Positions 6,009 through 17,100 of a stretch of DNA of 63,190 nt are shown here, in pieces (position 1 is the first letter of the stretch; each line of letters opens with the position of its first letter). The stretch is taken from contig JAZOWT010000124.1 in the NCBI GenBank assembly GCA_045659365.1, forward strand, positions 1-63,190, in the 5' to 3' direction. A program made the position numbers and the translations under genes. The notes under the pieces were generated by a model. It made no database searches and was not told where the DNA came from. It worked only from the letters and a program-made list of their open reading frames with translations. The DNA is from Eubacteriales bacterium (lineage in GTDB: Bacteria; Bacillota; Clostridia; Oscillospirales; CAG-272).

Positions 6009-8366
6009 ATGTTTTACATAAGCACTCGAAATGAAAATATACAAAGAACCGCAGCCGAAGCAATACTCATGGGTATTGCAGATGATGGCGGTCTGTATAT
6101 CCCCTCCGACATTAAGTCTGTAAAGTTCCCTATGGACAAGCTTGCAAGACTTTCTGAAAAGGAAATATCCGCCACCGTACTCTCACTGCTCTTTGATGAC
6201 GGCTCTATGTTTGAAGCCGACATGGAAAAGTTTATCAATGCTGTTTCAAAAGCATATGACGGCAAGTTTGAAAACGGAGATTTTGCTCCGATTGCAAAGG
6301 TTGGCGATACATTTGTTATGGAGCTTTATCACGGCCCGACGTCTGCATTCAAGGACGTTGCGCTCCAACTTTTACCTCATCTGATATCAGAGGCAAAAAG
6401 ATCCCTCGGAATGAGCGATGACATCGTCATCCTCACCGCAACAAGCGGTGATACCGGAAGTGCGGCACTTGAGGGCTTCTCTGACATTCCGGGAATTAAG
6501 ATAGTAGTTTTCTACCCCAAGCATGGCACCAGTGCCGTTCAAGAAAGGCAAATGGTATCTTGCTCGGGAAAGAATACTTACGTATGCGCGGTTGAAGGAA
6601 ACTTTGACGATGCACAAAGCGGTGTAAAAAACATCTTCAATACACTGGAGGTTCCCGACGGTGTAAGACTCTCAAGCGCAAACTCTATAAACATAGGTAG
6701 ACTTGCGCCGCAGATAGCATACTATTTCAAGAGCTATCGCGACCTTGTAAACCACGGTGAAATAAAGTTTGGCGATAAAATCAACTTTGTAGTTCCGACC
6801 GGTAACTTTGGCGACATACTTGCAGGATATTTTGCAAAGCTAATGGGACTCCCGGTTGCAAAGCTGATATGCGCATCAAACAAAAACAACGTTCTTGCTG
6901 ATTTCTTTGAGAGCGGTATATACGATAAAAACCGCGACTTCCATGTCACGAAATCACCCTCTATGGACATATTGATCTCCAGCAATCTTGAAAGACTGCT
7001 CTACTTCATTTGCGGCAGTGAAAAATGCAAGGAATATATGTCCGACCTTGCAAAGCGCGGAAAATACCAGATCAGCCCAGATGAGCTTGCTAAAATGCGC
7101 GAAACCTTTGATGCCGGTTATGCGGACGACGAGGAAACCTACGAAGCCATTAAAAGCGTATACGACAAGCACGGATACCTTATCGACACACACACCGCGG
7201 TTGCATGGTGTGTTTATGAAAAGTGGGCAAAGGCAAACTCAAACGGCCATAAGAGTGTTATACTCTCCACCGCGTCTGCATACAAGTTCTCATCCGGTGT
7301 GCTCCATTCACTGGGACTTGAGTGCCCTAACGAATTTGATGCAATAGAAATATTGGCAAAGAGAACGGGTGTAACTCCGCCTAAGGTAATATCGGGTATA
7401 AGGAACAAAAAGGTAGTTCATTCCAATACAATCAAAAAGGAAAGCATGATCAACCTTGTCAACAGAGTGATAAGAAAGGATAAGGTAATCGTAAGAGTAC
7501 CCGCTACATCCGCGAACCTGGGCTCAGGATTTGACTGCACCGGAATTGCTTTTAGAAAATACGACGTTTTCTCATTCGAAAAAACTGACAAAACGGTAGA
7601 ATTTGAGAACTTTGAGCCTGTTTTTTCAAACGAGGACAACCTAGCGTATATAGCCTACAAAAAAGTATGCGATAGGGTTGGTTGCGAGGCATTTGTAAGG
7701 ATAAAAAGCATAAAAACCGAAATACCGATAACCAGAGGACTCGGCTCGTCGGCCGCTCTGATCGTCGCCGGCGCATATGCCGCAAATCTACTCACAGGTC
7801 AAAAGCTTTCGGTACAGGAGCTTTTCGAAATATGTAACGAAATCGAAGGTCACCCCGACAATATTGCGCCTGCACTTTTCGGTGGCTTGTGCACCTCGAT
7901 CGTAGCAAACGGAAAGCCCAAAACTCAGAAATGCTCGGTATCCGATGCGGTATGCTTCTCTGTGGTAGTACCCGATTTCAGGGTGGATACGAAAGAAGCA
8001 AGAGGCGTTCTGCCCAAAAATATATCAAGAAATGATGCAGTTTTCAACATGCAGAGAGTTGCACTACTGCCTATTGCATTTGAGCAAGGAGATATAGAGC
8101 TTATCAAGCTTGTAACCCAAGACAAGCTGCATGAGGTTTACAGAAAGCCACTGTTCAAGAACATCGATCTCGTAGAAAAGGCTGTATATGAGTGCGGTGC
8201 AATTGCCACAACAATAAGCGGTGCGGGACCGACATGTCTTGTGTATTCAGAGCTTCCGCTAGCAAAAGAACTGAACGATAAAATTTCAAATCTTGAAAAC
8301 AACTGGGTCGCTTACAGTGTTTCGGTAGACAATGAAGGAGCAAAGGAAATCTATGACGAACAATAA
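6009..8366 (+). CDS. thrC: fused threonine synthase (N-terminal, about aa 1-479) / homoserine kinase (C-terminal, about aa 480-785)
   Basis: The N half carries the ThrC PLP-lysine motif ELYHGPTSAFKDVALQ. The C half carries ThrB/GHMP motifs VRVPATSANLGSGFD, PITRGLGSSAA and EGHPDNIAPALFGG. The two halves form one uninterrupted frame. Confidence 0.9.
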   Translation: MFYISTRNENIQRTAAEAILMGIADDGGLYIPSDIKSVKFPMDKLARLSEKEISATVLSLLFDDGSMFEADMEKFINAVSKAYDGKFENGDFAPIAKVGDTFVMELYHGPTSAFKDVALQLLPHLISEAKRSLGMSDDIVILTATSGDTGSAALEGFSDIPGIKIVVFYPKHGTSAVQERQMVSCSGKNTYVCAVEGNFDDAQSGVKNIFNTLEVPDGVRLSSANSINIGRLAPQIAYYFKSYRDLVNHGEIKFGDKINFVVPTGNFGDILAGYFAKLMGLPVAKLICASNKNNVLADFFESGIYDKNRDFHVTKSPSMDILISSNLERLLYFICGSEKCKEYMSDLAKRGKYQISPDELAKMRETFDAGYADDEETYEAIKSVYDKHGYLIDTHTAVAWCVYEKWAKANSNGHKSVILSTASAYKFSSGVLHSLGLECPNEFDAIEILAKRTGVTPPKVISGIRNKKVVHSNTIKKESMINLVNRVIRKDKVIVRVPATSANLGSGFDCTGIAFRKYDVFSFEKTDKTVEFENFEPVFSNEDNLAYIAYKKVCDRVGCEAFVRIKSIKTEIPITRGLGSSAALIVAGAYAANLLTGQKLSVQELFEICNEIEGHPDNIAPALFGGLCTSIVANGKPKTQKCSVSDAVCFSVVVPDFRVDTKEARGVLPKNISRNDAVFNMQRVALLPIAFEQGDIELIKLVTQDKLHEVYRKPLFKNIDLVEKAVYECGAIATTISGAGPTCLVYSELPLAKELNDKISNLENNWVAYSVSVDNEGAKEIYDEQ

Positions 8367-8793
8367 ATATCTTCTGGTTGATAAAAGAATCTTACCTCCC
8401 TACTTTGAGAAGGTAATTGAAGCGCGCGAGCTTCTTGCCGGTGGCACCACTAAGGATGTTTCCAAGGCTGTAAAAATGGTAGGCATATCCAGAAGCACCT
8501 ACTACAAATACAAGGACTATGTTTTTGCCACAAACTCTGCACTTGATGGAAGAAAAGCGATAATTTCGTTTTCCCTTTCACACAAGCCCGGAATTCTCAG
8601 CAAGGTGCTGACTATGCTTTCGGAGAACGGCGCTAACATTCTGACTATCACTCAGAATCTCCCCATAAACGCAAGAGCACACGTAATCCTCACTCTTGAC
8701 GTATCAGGGCTTTCCTGCGAGGTGGAGGCATTGGTGAAAAACATCAATAAAATAGAAAAGGTTGGCGGTGCCAAGCTTATCTCAATAGAATAA
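8353..8793 (+). CDS. ACT domain-containing protein with N-terminal HTH (UPF0735/PheB-like)
   Basis: HTH-like GGTTKDVSKAVKMVGISRSTYYKYKDY, followed by an ACT-like segment ISFSLSHKPGILSKVLTMLSENGANILTITQ. I prefer ATG 8353 (AAGGAG/AGGAA upstream) over the ORF-track ATG 8332. It overlaps the thrB end by 14 nt. Confidence 0.75.
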   Translation: MTNNKYLLVDKRILPPYFEKVIEARELLAGGTTKDVSKAVKMVGISRSTYYKYKDYVFATNSALDGRKAIISFSLSHKPGILSKVLTMLSENGANILTITQNLPINARAHVILTLDVSGLSCEVEALVKNINKIEKVGGAKLISIE

Positions 8794-8831
8794 AAAATAA
8801 GCCCTCCCTCAGCGGGAGGGCTTATTTTTTT
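8794..8831. terminator. bidirectional intrinsic terminator (ACT gene / leuS)
   Basis: GCCCTCCC (8801-8808) pairs with GGGAGGGC (8814-8821), flanked by an A-run and a T-run. Confidence 0.8.
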
Positions 8832-11232
8832 ACTTTACAACGATATTTACGATCTTGCCGGGAACAACAATTTCTTTAACTACGGTTTTGCCCTCAATTG
8901 CCGCAGCAACCTTTTCATCGGCGCGTGCAATTGCAAGAACGCTATCCTTATCTGCCGTCTTTGCAACAGTAATAACACCCTTTACCTTGCCGTTTATCTG
9001 TACAGGCATTTCAACAGTGTCGTCTACCATCTTAGCTTCGTCGTATACAGGCCACTGTGCAAGAGAGATAAGTCCCTCGCCGCCAAGAGCCTCGTATATT
9101 TCCTCTGCCAAGTGAGGAGCAAAGGGAGAAAGAAGGCAAGTAAGAACGGAAAGCTCGGTTTTAGTGATCTTTCCAACCTCGTAAATTGTATTGAGAGTAC
9201 CCATCATAGCAGCAATTGCGGTATTGAACTTCATTGCATCAATATCGTCGGTTACCTTTTTGATGAGCTTATGGATGTGCTTCTCGAGTTCGGGAGTAAA
9301 GCCTTCACCGTCAACTATGTCAAGAAGATTGTAGAATCTTTCAAGGAAGCGCTTACAGCCCTTGATGGACTGGGTGTTCCAGGGGGCGGCCTGCTCGAAA
9401 TCGCCTATGAACATCTCATAAAGACGCATAGTATCAGCACCGTAATCTCTGATGATGTCATCGGGATTTACAACGTTACCGCGAGATTTAGACATCTTCT
9501 CACCGTTCTCGCCAAGGATCATACCATGGCTTGTACGCTTAAGGTAGGGCTCCTTTTCGGGAAGTGTATCAATATCGTAAAGGAACTTGGACCAGAATCT
9601 GGAATAAAGAAGGTGGAGTGTGGTGTGCTCCATACCGCCATTGTACCAGTCAACAGGCATCCAGTACTCAAGTGCCTCTCTGGACGCGAGCTCCTTATCG
9701 TTGTGAGGATCACAATATCTAAGGAAATACCAAGAGGAACCAGCCCACTGAGGCATGGTGTCGGTTTCGCGTTTTGCGGGACCGTTACACTTAGGACAAG
9801 AGCAATTTACCCAGTCTGTCATAAGAGAAAGAGGAGATTCACCGTTCTCAGTAGGCTCGTATGACTCTACCTCAGGAAGCTCAACAGGAAGCTGATCCTC
9901 AGGGATTGCTACCCAACCACACTTCTCACAGTTAACAAGAGGAATAGGCTCGCCCCAGTATCTCTGTCTTGAGAATACCCAGTCACGAAGCTTGAAGTTT
10001 ACTCTTTCGGTTCCGATATTGTTCTCCTCAAGGAACTTGATCATAGCGGCCTTTGCATCCGCAACGTCAAGTCCGTTAAGGAAGCCGGAATTCACGAGCT
10101 TACCGGTTGCAACGTCAGTAAATGCTTCGTTCTGCACGTCACCGCCTGCAACAACCTCGATAATGGGGAGATCAAACTTCTTTGCAAACGCCCAGTCACG
10201 CTCATCATGGGCAGGAACTGCCATGATAGCGCCTGTTCCGTAGCCGGCAAGAACGTAGTCGGATACGAAAATCGGAATTTCTTTGCCGGTTGCGGGGTTG
10301 ATAGCTCTTACACCCTTGATCTCAACACCGGTCTTTTCCTTAACAAGCTCGGTTCTCTCGAAGTCACTCTTCTTGGAAGCCGCAACCTTATACTCCTCAA
10401 GCTCGGGAAGGTTGGTGATAACGGCACTCCACTTCTCTATCATCTCGTGCTCAGGAGCGATTACCATGTACGTCGCACCAAAGAGTGTATCGCATCTGGT
10501 GGTATATACTCTGAGCTTATCACCGGTGGTAGTGGTGAAATCTATCTCTGCACCGTTTGACTTGCCGATCCAGTTGATCTGCTGTGTCTTAACTCTCTCA
10601 ATGTAGTCAAGGCCGTCAAGGTCGGATATAAGTCTATCCGCATACTCGGTGATCTTAAGCATCCACTGACTCTTTACCTTACGGATTACAGCGGACTGAC
10701 ATCTCTCACATACACCGTTAACAACCTCCTCATTCGCAAGAACTACCTTACAAGAGGTACAGAAGTATACTGCCATCTCCTTTTTGTATGCGAGGCCTTT
10801 TTCAAACAGCTTAAGGAATATCCACTGAGTCCACTTGTAGTAGTTAGGATCGGTGGTGTTTATTTCTCTGGACCAGTCGAAGGAAAGACCAAGTGCCTTA
10901 AGCTGAGACTTAAAGCGTGCAACGTTTCTTTCGGTTACGATCTTGGGATGGATCTTGTTCTTTATTGCAAAGTTTTCAGTAGGCAGACCGAAAGCATCCC
11001 AGCCCATAGGAAAGAGGACGTTATAGCCCTGCATTCTCTTCTTTCTTGATACGATATCAAGTGCGGTATAGGGACGAGGGTGACCAACGTGAAGTCCCTG
11101 TCCCGAGGGATACGGGAACTCTACGAGGGCGAAATATTTGGGAAGCGTATAGTCCTGCTTTGCAGCGAAGGGCTGCACTTCATCCCATTTCTGCTGCCAT
11201 TTTTCTTCGATTTTCTGATAATTGTAATTCAT
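8830..11232 (-). CDS. leuS: leucine--tRNA ligase
   Basis: 800 aa. Class I motifs HVGH ([12 protein letters not shown]) and KMSKS ([10 protein letters not shown]). Confidence 0.97.
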   Translation of the reverse strand: MNYNYQKIEEKWQQKWDEVQPFAAKQDYTLPKYFALVEFPYPSGQGLHVGHPRPYTALDIVSRKKRMQGYNVLFPMGWDAFGLPTENFAIKNKIHPKIVTERNVARFKSQLKALGLSFDWSREINTTDPNYYKWTQWIFLKLFEKGLAYKKEMAVYFCTSCKVVLANEEVVNGVCERCQSAVIRKVKSQWMLKITEYADRLISDLDGLDYIERVKTQQINWIGKSNGAEIDFTTTTGDKLRVYTTRCDTLFGATYMVIAPEHEMIEKWSAVITNLPELEEYKVAASKKSDFERTELVKEKTGVEIKGVRAINPATGKEIPIFVSDYVLAGYGTGAIMAVPAHDERDWAFAKKFDLPIIEVVAGGDVQNEAFTDVATGKLVNSGFLNGLDVADAKAAMIKFLEENNIGTERVNFKLRDWVFSRQRYWGEPIPLVNCEKCGWVAIPEDQLPVELPEVESYEPTENGESPLSLMTDWVNCSCPKCNGPAKRETDTMPQWAGSSWYFLRYCDPHNDKELASREALEYWMPVDWYNGGMEHTTLHLLYSRFWSKFLYDIDTLPEKEPYLKRTSHGMILGENGEKMSKSRGNVVNPDDIIRDYGADTMRLYEMFIGDFEQAAPWNTQSIKGCKRFLERFYNLLDIVDGEGFTPELEKHIHKLIKKVTDDIDAMKFNTAIAAMMGTLNTIYEVGKITKTELSVLTCLLSPFAPHLAEEIYEALGGEGLISLAQWPVYDEAKMVDDTVEMPVQINGKVKGVITVAKTADKDSVLAIARADEKVAAAIEGKTVVKEIVVPGKIVNIVVK

Positions 11233-11234
11233 TT

Positions 11235-11657
11235 TTATTCCTCTGTGCTGTTGATTTTTAATTTGGCGTCAACTCGTGCGACAATCTCGGAAATATCTCT
11301 TTCCGAGCCGGCCGGCATCAGTCTATCCAGGTTATAAAACTCTCTTGATTCCTTATCAAACACGTTAACGATCACATTTCCGTAATCTACGAGTATCCAC
11401 GCGTTACCGCGCTTACCCTCAATTCTTAATGCCTCAACACCCTGTTCTGAAAGCTTGTATGCAACCTCGTCTGCCAAGGCTGCTACCTGTGTAAGGGATC
11501 TACCGGTTACGTTGATATAATAATCAGTAATGGGATTTTCCTCACCTACGTTGTACATTCGTAGATCTAGTGCTTTCTTCTCAATCAGAACTGCCGCTGC
11601 CGCTTCTGCAAGCGTAACAGAGTCCGAATTCAACAATGTCTTATTTGTTGACTCCAT
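11235..11657 (-). CDS. rsfS: ribosome silencing factor RsfS (iojap family)
   Basis: [10 protein letters not shown]...[27 protein letters not shown] is typical RsfS. It follows yqeK, as in other Firmicutes. Confidence 0.9.
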   Translation of the reverse strand: MESTNKTLLNSDSVTLAEAAAAVLIEKKALDLRMYNVGEENPITDYYINVTGRSLTQVAALADEVAYKLSEQGVEALRIEGKRGNAWILVDYGNVIVNVFDKESREFYNLDRLMPAGSERDISEIVARVDAKLKINSTEE

Positions 11658-11700
11658 TCAAAACCACCTTTCTCCCCCGTGGGAACGCTGCGCATTTGCG

Positions 11701-12318
11701 CTAATGTATTTTAGTCATAAGAGCCTTGATCGAATCCAATGTTTTCGGATTGACAACTGCTCCTTTTTTGAGAAGGCTATCACACGTGCGCTGCATAGAC
11801 ATTACGCATGCCTTATGCAACGTATTGACGTTCTCCGCAACGTTATCCTTCACCAAGGATGAAAGCATGAACTCACGGGTTTCAATACAATCCTTGTACG
11901 TGCGCCCTTCTTCAATGTAATCAGCCAAGAAAATTATTTCATCAAACACCGTCATATCAACACTTCCAACGGTATGATTGAATACTGCTGATAAAATATT
12001 TTGAGTCGCGAATTCCGGAAATTCGCTTTTTATTACGTGCGGCGCGGCATAAGAGTGAAGGATCGGAGTCGCGTCTGCGCTGTTAAGCACAATCCCCTCC
12101 TCGTTTATCATGGCGACCAGTTCCTCTGTCGGAAGCTCCTTTGCTATATCGTGAAGCAAAGCGGCTACTATGATCTCATCCTTATCCTGCGGCAAGCAGC
12201 AATCAGCCAAAATACCGGCCATGCTGCACACACCGAGAGTATGCTCAAATCTCTTGCTCGAAAGCATCGATTTTACCTTACTCTCTAATGCTTTGAGCTC
12301 TTTGCCAAAACCACTCAT
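11701..12318 (-). CDS. yqeK: HD-domain bis(5'-nucleosyl)-tetraphosphatase YqeK
   Basis: HD motifs (RFEHTLGV, ALLHDIAK). Conserved nadD-yqeK-rsfS order. Confidence 0.85.
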   Translation of the reverse strand: MSGFGKELKALESKVKSMLSSKRFEHTLGVCSMAGILADCCLPQDKDEIIVAALLHDIAKELPTEELVAMINEEGIVLNSADATPILHSYAAPHVIKSEFPEFATQNILSAVFNHTVGSVDMTVFDEIIFLADYIEEGRTYKDCIETREFMLSSLVKDNVAENVNTLHKACVMSMQRTCDSLLKKGAVVNPKTLDSIKALMTKIH

Positions 12319-12926
12319 TTATACAAACCTTCTCGCTCTATGTATTCCATAACCGAAAGCGGTATAGAATCAGTTTTGCCAGCCGAAGACAAAGCCTGGC
12401 GAACCTCGGTTGAGGAAAGTAATACGGCATTCATATCAACCGGGATTATTCTGGCATTATACTTCTCTTTATAAAGCTCGGTGCATCTTGCTATTTCTTT
12501 TTCTAAAGATACGTCTGCCTCGCGCCTTACGTAGCATATCGTCGCAAGCTTGAATATCGTTTCGGGCGAATACCAGCTATCCAACGTCAAAAACATATCC
12601 GTTCCGCAAAGGAAATACAGCTCCCTATCGGCGCAGGAAAGCTCCGTTAACGTATTGGCAGTATAGCTTTTTCCGCCGCGCGCGATCTCTATATCCGAGA
12701 TCTCAACGTTCTTTATATGAGAAAATGCAAGCTTGCACATGTCGAGGCGCTGGTCCGGAGTTACACTGCCGGCAAAGCTCTTGTGCGGTGGGATAAAATC
12801 CGGAATTATCATAAGAACGTCCGGATTTATCTGCCTTGAAAATGCTTCTGCCGCGGCAACGTGAGCGATATGGGGCGGATTAAACGTTCCGCCAAAAATA
12901 CCTATGCTTCTTGCACCCGAGCTCAA
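12315..12926 (-). CDS. nadD: nicotinate-nucleotide adenylyltransferase
   Basis: GIFGGTFNPPHIAH (HxGH-type) motif. 4-nt overlaps with both neighbours. Confidence 0.92.
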   Translation of the reverse strand: MSSGARSIGIFGGTFNPPHIAHVAAAEAFSRQINPDVLMIIPDFIPPHKSFAGSVTPDQRLDMCKLAFSHIKNVEISDIEIARGGKSYTANTLTELSCADRELYFLCGTDMFLTLDSWYSPETIFKLATICYVRREADVSLEKEIARCTELYKEKYNARIIPVDMNAVLLSSTEVRQALSSAGKTDSIPLSVMEYIEREGLYK

Positions 12927-13210
12927 ATCTCGATCCTCTTTTTCTTCTGTGACTCCTTATAGAGCACGAAGCGAGTACCAACACAGGAAACAACGTCGCA
13001 CGAAATTACCTCAGCGATCTCGTTTGCAGCCTCCTTTGCGGTGTAGCCGCTATTATCGAGCACACGAGCCTTAATAAGCTCTCTGGCCTCGAGGGCATTG
13101 GCGATCTGGGTGCATATTTCCTCGGTTATACCGCCCTTGCCGATCTGAAAGATTGTATCAAGATTCTGCGAAAGAGAGCGAAGATATGCTCTTTGCTTAC
13201 TAGTTATCAT
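12923..13210 (-). CDS. yhbY: YhbY-family RNA-binding (CRM domain) ribosome assembly protein
   Basis: 95 aa. LTSKQRAYLRSL...IFQIGKGGIT motif. Confidence 0.85.
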   Translation of the reverse strand: MITSKQRAYLRSLSQNLDTIFQIGKGGITEEICTQIANALEARELIKARVLDNSGYTAKEAANEIAEVISCDVVSCVGTRFVLYKESQKKKRIEI

Positions 13211-14124
13211 GCTTCCTCCCTTTCAAAAAGTGCACTTGCGAACTCTGCACCGTTAAACGGCTTCATATCATCTATCTTTTCACCGACACCGATGAACTTC
13301 ACAGGAATTCCAAGCTCCTGCTTAATCGAAAGAACTATACCGCCCTTTGCGGTACCGTCGAGCTTAGTGAGAACAAGGCCTGTAATCTTGGAGGCTTCCT
13401 TGAATTCCTTTGCCTGAAGGACTGCATTCTGACCGGTTGTCGCATCAAGAACAAGCAGAGTTTCCTTTGCGGCATCAGGAAGCTCACGAGAGATGACTCT
13501 ATCGATCTTTGCAAGCTCGTCCATGAGGTTCTTCTTGTTGTGAAGTCTACCGGCTGTATCGATGATCAGAACGTCTGCGCCGCGGCTCTTCACCGCACCG
13601 ATTGCATCAAATACAACCGACGCGGGATCTGCGCCTGCGGCCTGCTTAACGATGTCAACTCCGGCACGGTCACACCAAACGGTAAGCTGCTCCGCGGCTG
13701 CCGCACGGAATGTATCCGCTGCCGCAACAACAACCTTTTTACCCTGAGATTTGTGTTCTGCCGAGATTTTTCCTATGGAAGTAGTTTTTCCTACACCATT
13801 GACACCTATAACAAGAATTACTGCGGGCTTGGTGGAAAGGTTAAGCGGCTCGTGGTCACCTACCATCTCACTAAGAATGGCAAAAAGCTCATTCTTGACC
13901 TCTTCCGACTCCTTAATGTTCTTATCCTTTACGGTGTCGCGAAGTCTGTCGAGTATTTCTTCGGTAACGTAAACACCGATATCTGCGGATATAAGTGCTT
14001 CCTCAAGCTCCTCGAAAAGCTCTTCGTCAACCTTTCTAAAGCTCTTGACAATACTGTCTATTTTACCGACTATTGCATTTTTGGTCTTGTTAAGACCGCT
14101 TTTTAATTTATCAAAGAACCCCAT
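13207..14124 (-). CDS. ftsY: signal recognition particle receptor FtsY
   Basis: SRP GTPase motifs [28 protein letters not shown]. Confidence 0.95.
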   Translation of the reverse strand: MGFFDKLKSGLNKTKNAIVGKIDSIVKSFRKVDEELFEELEEALISADIGVYVTEEILDRLRDTVKDKNIKESEEVKNELFAILSEMVGDHEPLNLSTKPAVILVIGVNGVGKTTSIGKISAEHKSQGKKVVVAAADTFRAAAAEQLTVWCDRAGVDIVKQAAGADPASVVFDAIGAVKSRGADVLIIDTAGRLHNKKNLMDELAKIDRVISRELPDAAKETLLVLDATTGQNAVLQAKEFKEASKITGLVLTKLDGTAKGGIVLSIKQELGIPVKFIGVGEKIDDMKPFNGAEFASALFEREEA

Positions 14125-17100
14125 CGAGTAGCTCCTTCTGCTTTCCTTCTATTTCCTGTACATCAAGCTCTATTGCCTGAGATATACCGCGCTGAGGCAT
14201 CGTTACACCGTACAGACGGTCACCGATTTCCATAGTACCACGACGGTGAGTAATAAGAATAAACTGTGTTCCGTCGCCAAAGCGCTTAATGTATTCACCA
14301 AATCTGAATACGTTAACCTCGTCAAGCGCCGCCTCGATCTCGTCGAGTATACAGAACGGCGTGGGGTTAACCTTAAGTATTGCGAAGAGAAGCGCTATTG
14401 CAACGAATGACTGCTCACCACCCGAAAGAAGCGCAAGGCTCTTAATGATCTTGCCGGGAGGTGCCGCCTTGATTTCGATACCTGATGTAAGAACATCCTC
14501 GGGATCGGTAAGCTGAAGCTCTGCATTACCGCCACCAAACAGGTCTCTGAACGTGATTCCGAAGTTGTGGTTGATAGCCTCAAATGCGGAAACGAAGCTT
14601 GTTCTCATCTCGCTTTCGATACGCGCAATGATATCTACAAGCTCGGTGTAAGAATTCGTAAGGTCGGTATACTGTGCATTAAGTGCATCGTATCTTACCT
14701 TAACCTCAGCATACTCCTCGATAGCACCGGGATTATAGCTACCCAGGGCTCTCAAGCGGTTCTTACACGAGGTCTGAATAGCCGCCACCTCTTCTCTGTT
14801 TTCTGCCGTTACGGGAGGATACTCAAGCTCAACAGCCTGCTCATAGGTGATTTCATATTCATCCCATATCTGGTGTCCAAGCTTATCCTGTTTCTCCTTT
14901 AACTGCTCAAAGCGGTTTTCAGCACGGAGAGTTGACTCCTGTACAACACTTCTGCTTCTGTTCTTTTCATCCTTGCTCTCGCGAATAGATCTGAGCTCGC
15001 GCTCGAACTCATCTCCACCCTTATCGGTTTCGCTACGAAGCTGCATGAGCTCCTTGATCTTCTTCTCAAGCTCAAGGTATTCGGCTTTATTTTCAGCCTT
15101 GATATTGTCTATATTATCTCTCTTAGAGGTAAGGTCTCTGATTCTGGCATTCTGAACCCCCTTATCGCTTTCGTGCTCGGCAATACGGTCATTGAAGCTG
15201 TCGATCATCTGCTGAACGCCCTCAATATCCTTACGAGCCTCTGCTATCGATATGTAGGTTTCGTTTGCCTTTCCTGCAAGCTCATCGCTCTTTTCATCAA
15301 GCACACCCATCTCTGAGCCGCGCTTCAACCTGAAGTCCTTGAGTGCGGCTATGCGCTCAAGTGCAGCGGAGTACTCAGCCTCGAGGCGCTTGATCTCGGC
15401 ATCAGCCTCATTCTGCTGACCGATAAGGTTGTTATAATCATACTTGAGCTTTTCAAGTATATTGCAATTCGCTTCATACTTCGCATTCGCATTATCAAGA
15501 GCGGCAAACTGAGAACGTGAGAGTGTAAGAAGAAGCTCCTTATCCTGCTCTGCCGTGTGCAAAGCATCCTGCGATGCAGTGAGTTCTTCATTGATCTCGT
15601 TGATAGCGCTTACGGTATCGTTTATCTTAGCGCTAAGCTTTTCTGCATTCTCACGGAGTGTAGCGATCTCGGTAAGTCTGGAAAGAATTCCGCTATCCTT
15701 CTTCGCACTACCACCGGTGAACGCACCGCCAACGCTGATAAGCTGTCCATCAAGCGTTACTATTTTCACGCGGTAACGAAGCTTTTTAGCCGCTGCGGTA
15801 GCATTCTCGATCGTATCGAAAACTACCGTACGGAGAAGCAACCACTCTATGATAGAACGGTACTCGTCGTTAGTTTCAACAAGTGTATCTGCGCGACCTA
15901 CAAATCCGGCCATCTTCTTCGAGTCGCGTATCTCATCGGTCTCGCCCATGGATCTGATAGCGCTTATCGGATAGAAGGTAGCACGGCCGGCATTCGCGCG
16001 CTTAAGTGCACGAATTGCCGAATTAGCAACATCCTCGTTATCTACAACGATGTTCTGAAGGCTTGCGCCAAGCGATGTTTCGATAGCCGTAATATACTGC
16101 TTATCGACGCTTATGAGTGATGAAAGGGGGCCGTGGATCTTTCCACCGGAAATATGTCCTGCATTATACTCGCGCATTACGAATTTAATGCTTTCAGCAT
16201 ATCCCTCAAAGTGATCGTTCATTCTCTGAAGAACATCCGCGCGCTGAACCAACGTATCTCTTTCAAGCTTAAGAGAATTAAGTGTTTCGTTTATTTCCTC
16301 ACGCTCGCCAAGAAGCTCTTCTACGCGCTCGTTGGAGGCTGCGATTACCTCTTCCTTCTCTGCTATCTTAACCTTAAAATCTGCGGCAGCATTCTCACAG
16401 CGATCTGCCTCAGCCTTGAGAGCTCTACCGGTCTTCTCATATTCCTTGATCTCAAGCTCAATGTCTTCAGACTTGGTATTATCGTTTACCTTGGAGTTTT
16501 TAAGGACACCTATTCTTACCTGGAGGTTGTTCGCTGCGCCCTCCTCAACGGTAAGCTCATCAAGTGCTTCGTCAAGGTCATGCTTGATTTTTGCAATTTC
16601 CTCAACCAAACGCTGCTGCTCGGAGAGGAACTCAAGCCTTTTATCCATAAGAGCCTGCAAGGAGGCTTCAAATTCACTCTTTTTGTCCTCATATCCCTTT
16701 TTACTGGAATTGATGACCTCAATAGCATTTTCGATCTCAGCGATTCTGATCTTGCACTGCTCTATCATCTCAGCAGAGTGAGCGAAGTCAGAGTCTGCGG
16801 TACGAAGTGCGGTGTCAAGGCTACTGAGCTTCTGGTTAGACTGAATAATCTGCTCGGAAAGCTCGTGAGAAAGAGCACGGTTAGCCTGTGTTTTTTCGTA
16901 GAGGTTCTGCTCCTGCGCGTCAAGGTCGAGTATTATCTGGTCGATTATTTCAAGCTCATGATTTGCAAGCTTCCAGGCCTTGTCAGCCTCCTCAATATCG
17001 ATTCTTACCTTTTCAGTATCGAACAACCAGAGTGAGACGTCAGCGCGCTTCTTTTCCTCGTAAATTGCAAGTCCCTTACGTGCCTTTTCTGCCTCTTTTT

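Noticed and set aside
16133-17035. 300-aa plus-strand ORF antisense to smc
   Set aside because: Codon-aligned shadow frame (17740 - 16135 = 3 x 535). Leucine-rich low-complexity sequence that mirrors the SMC coiled coil.
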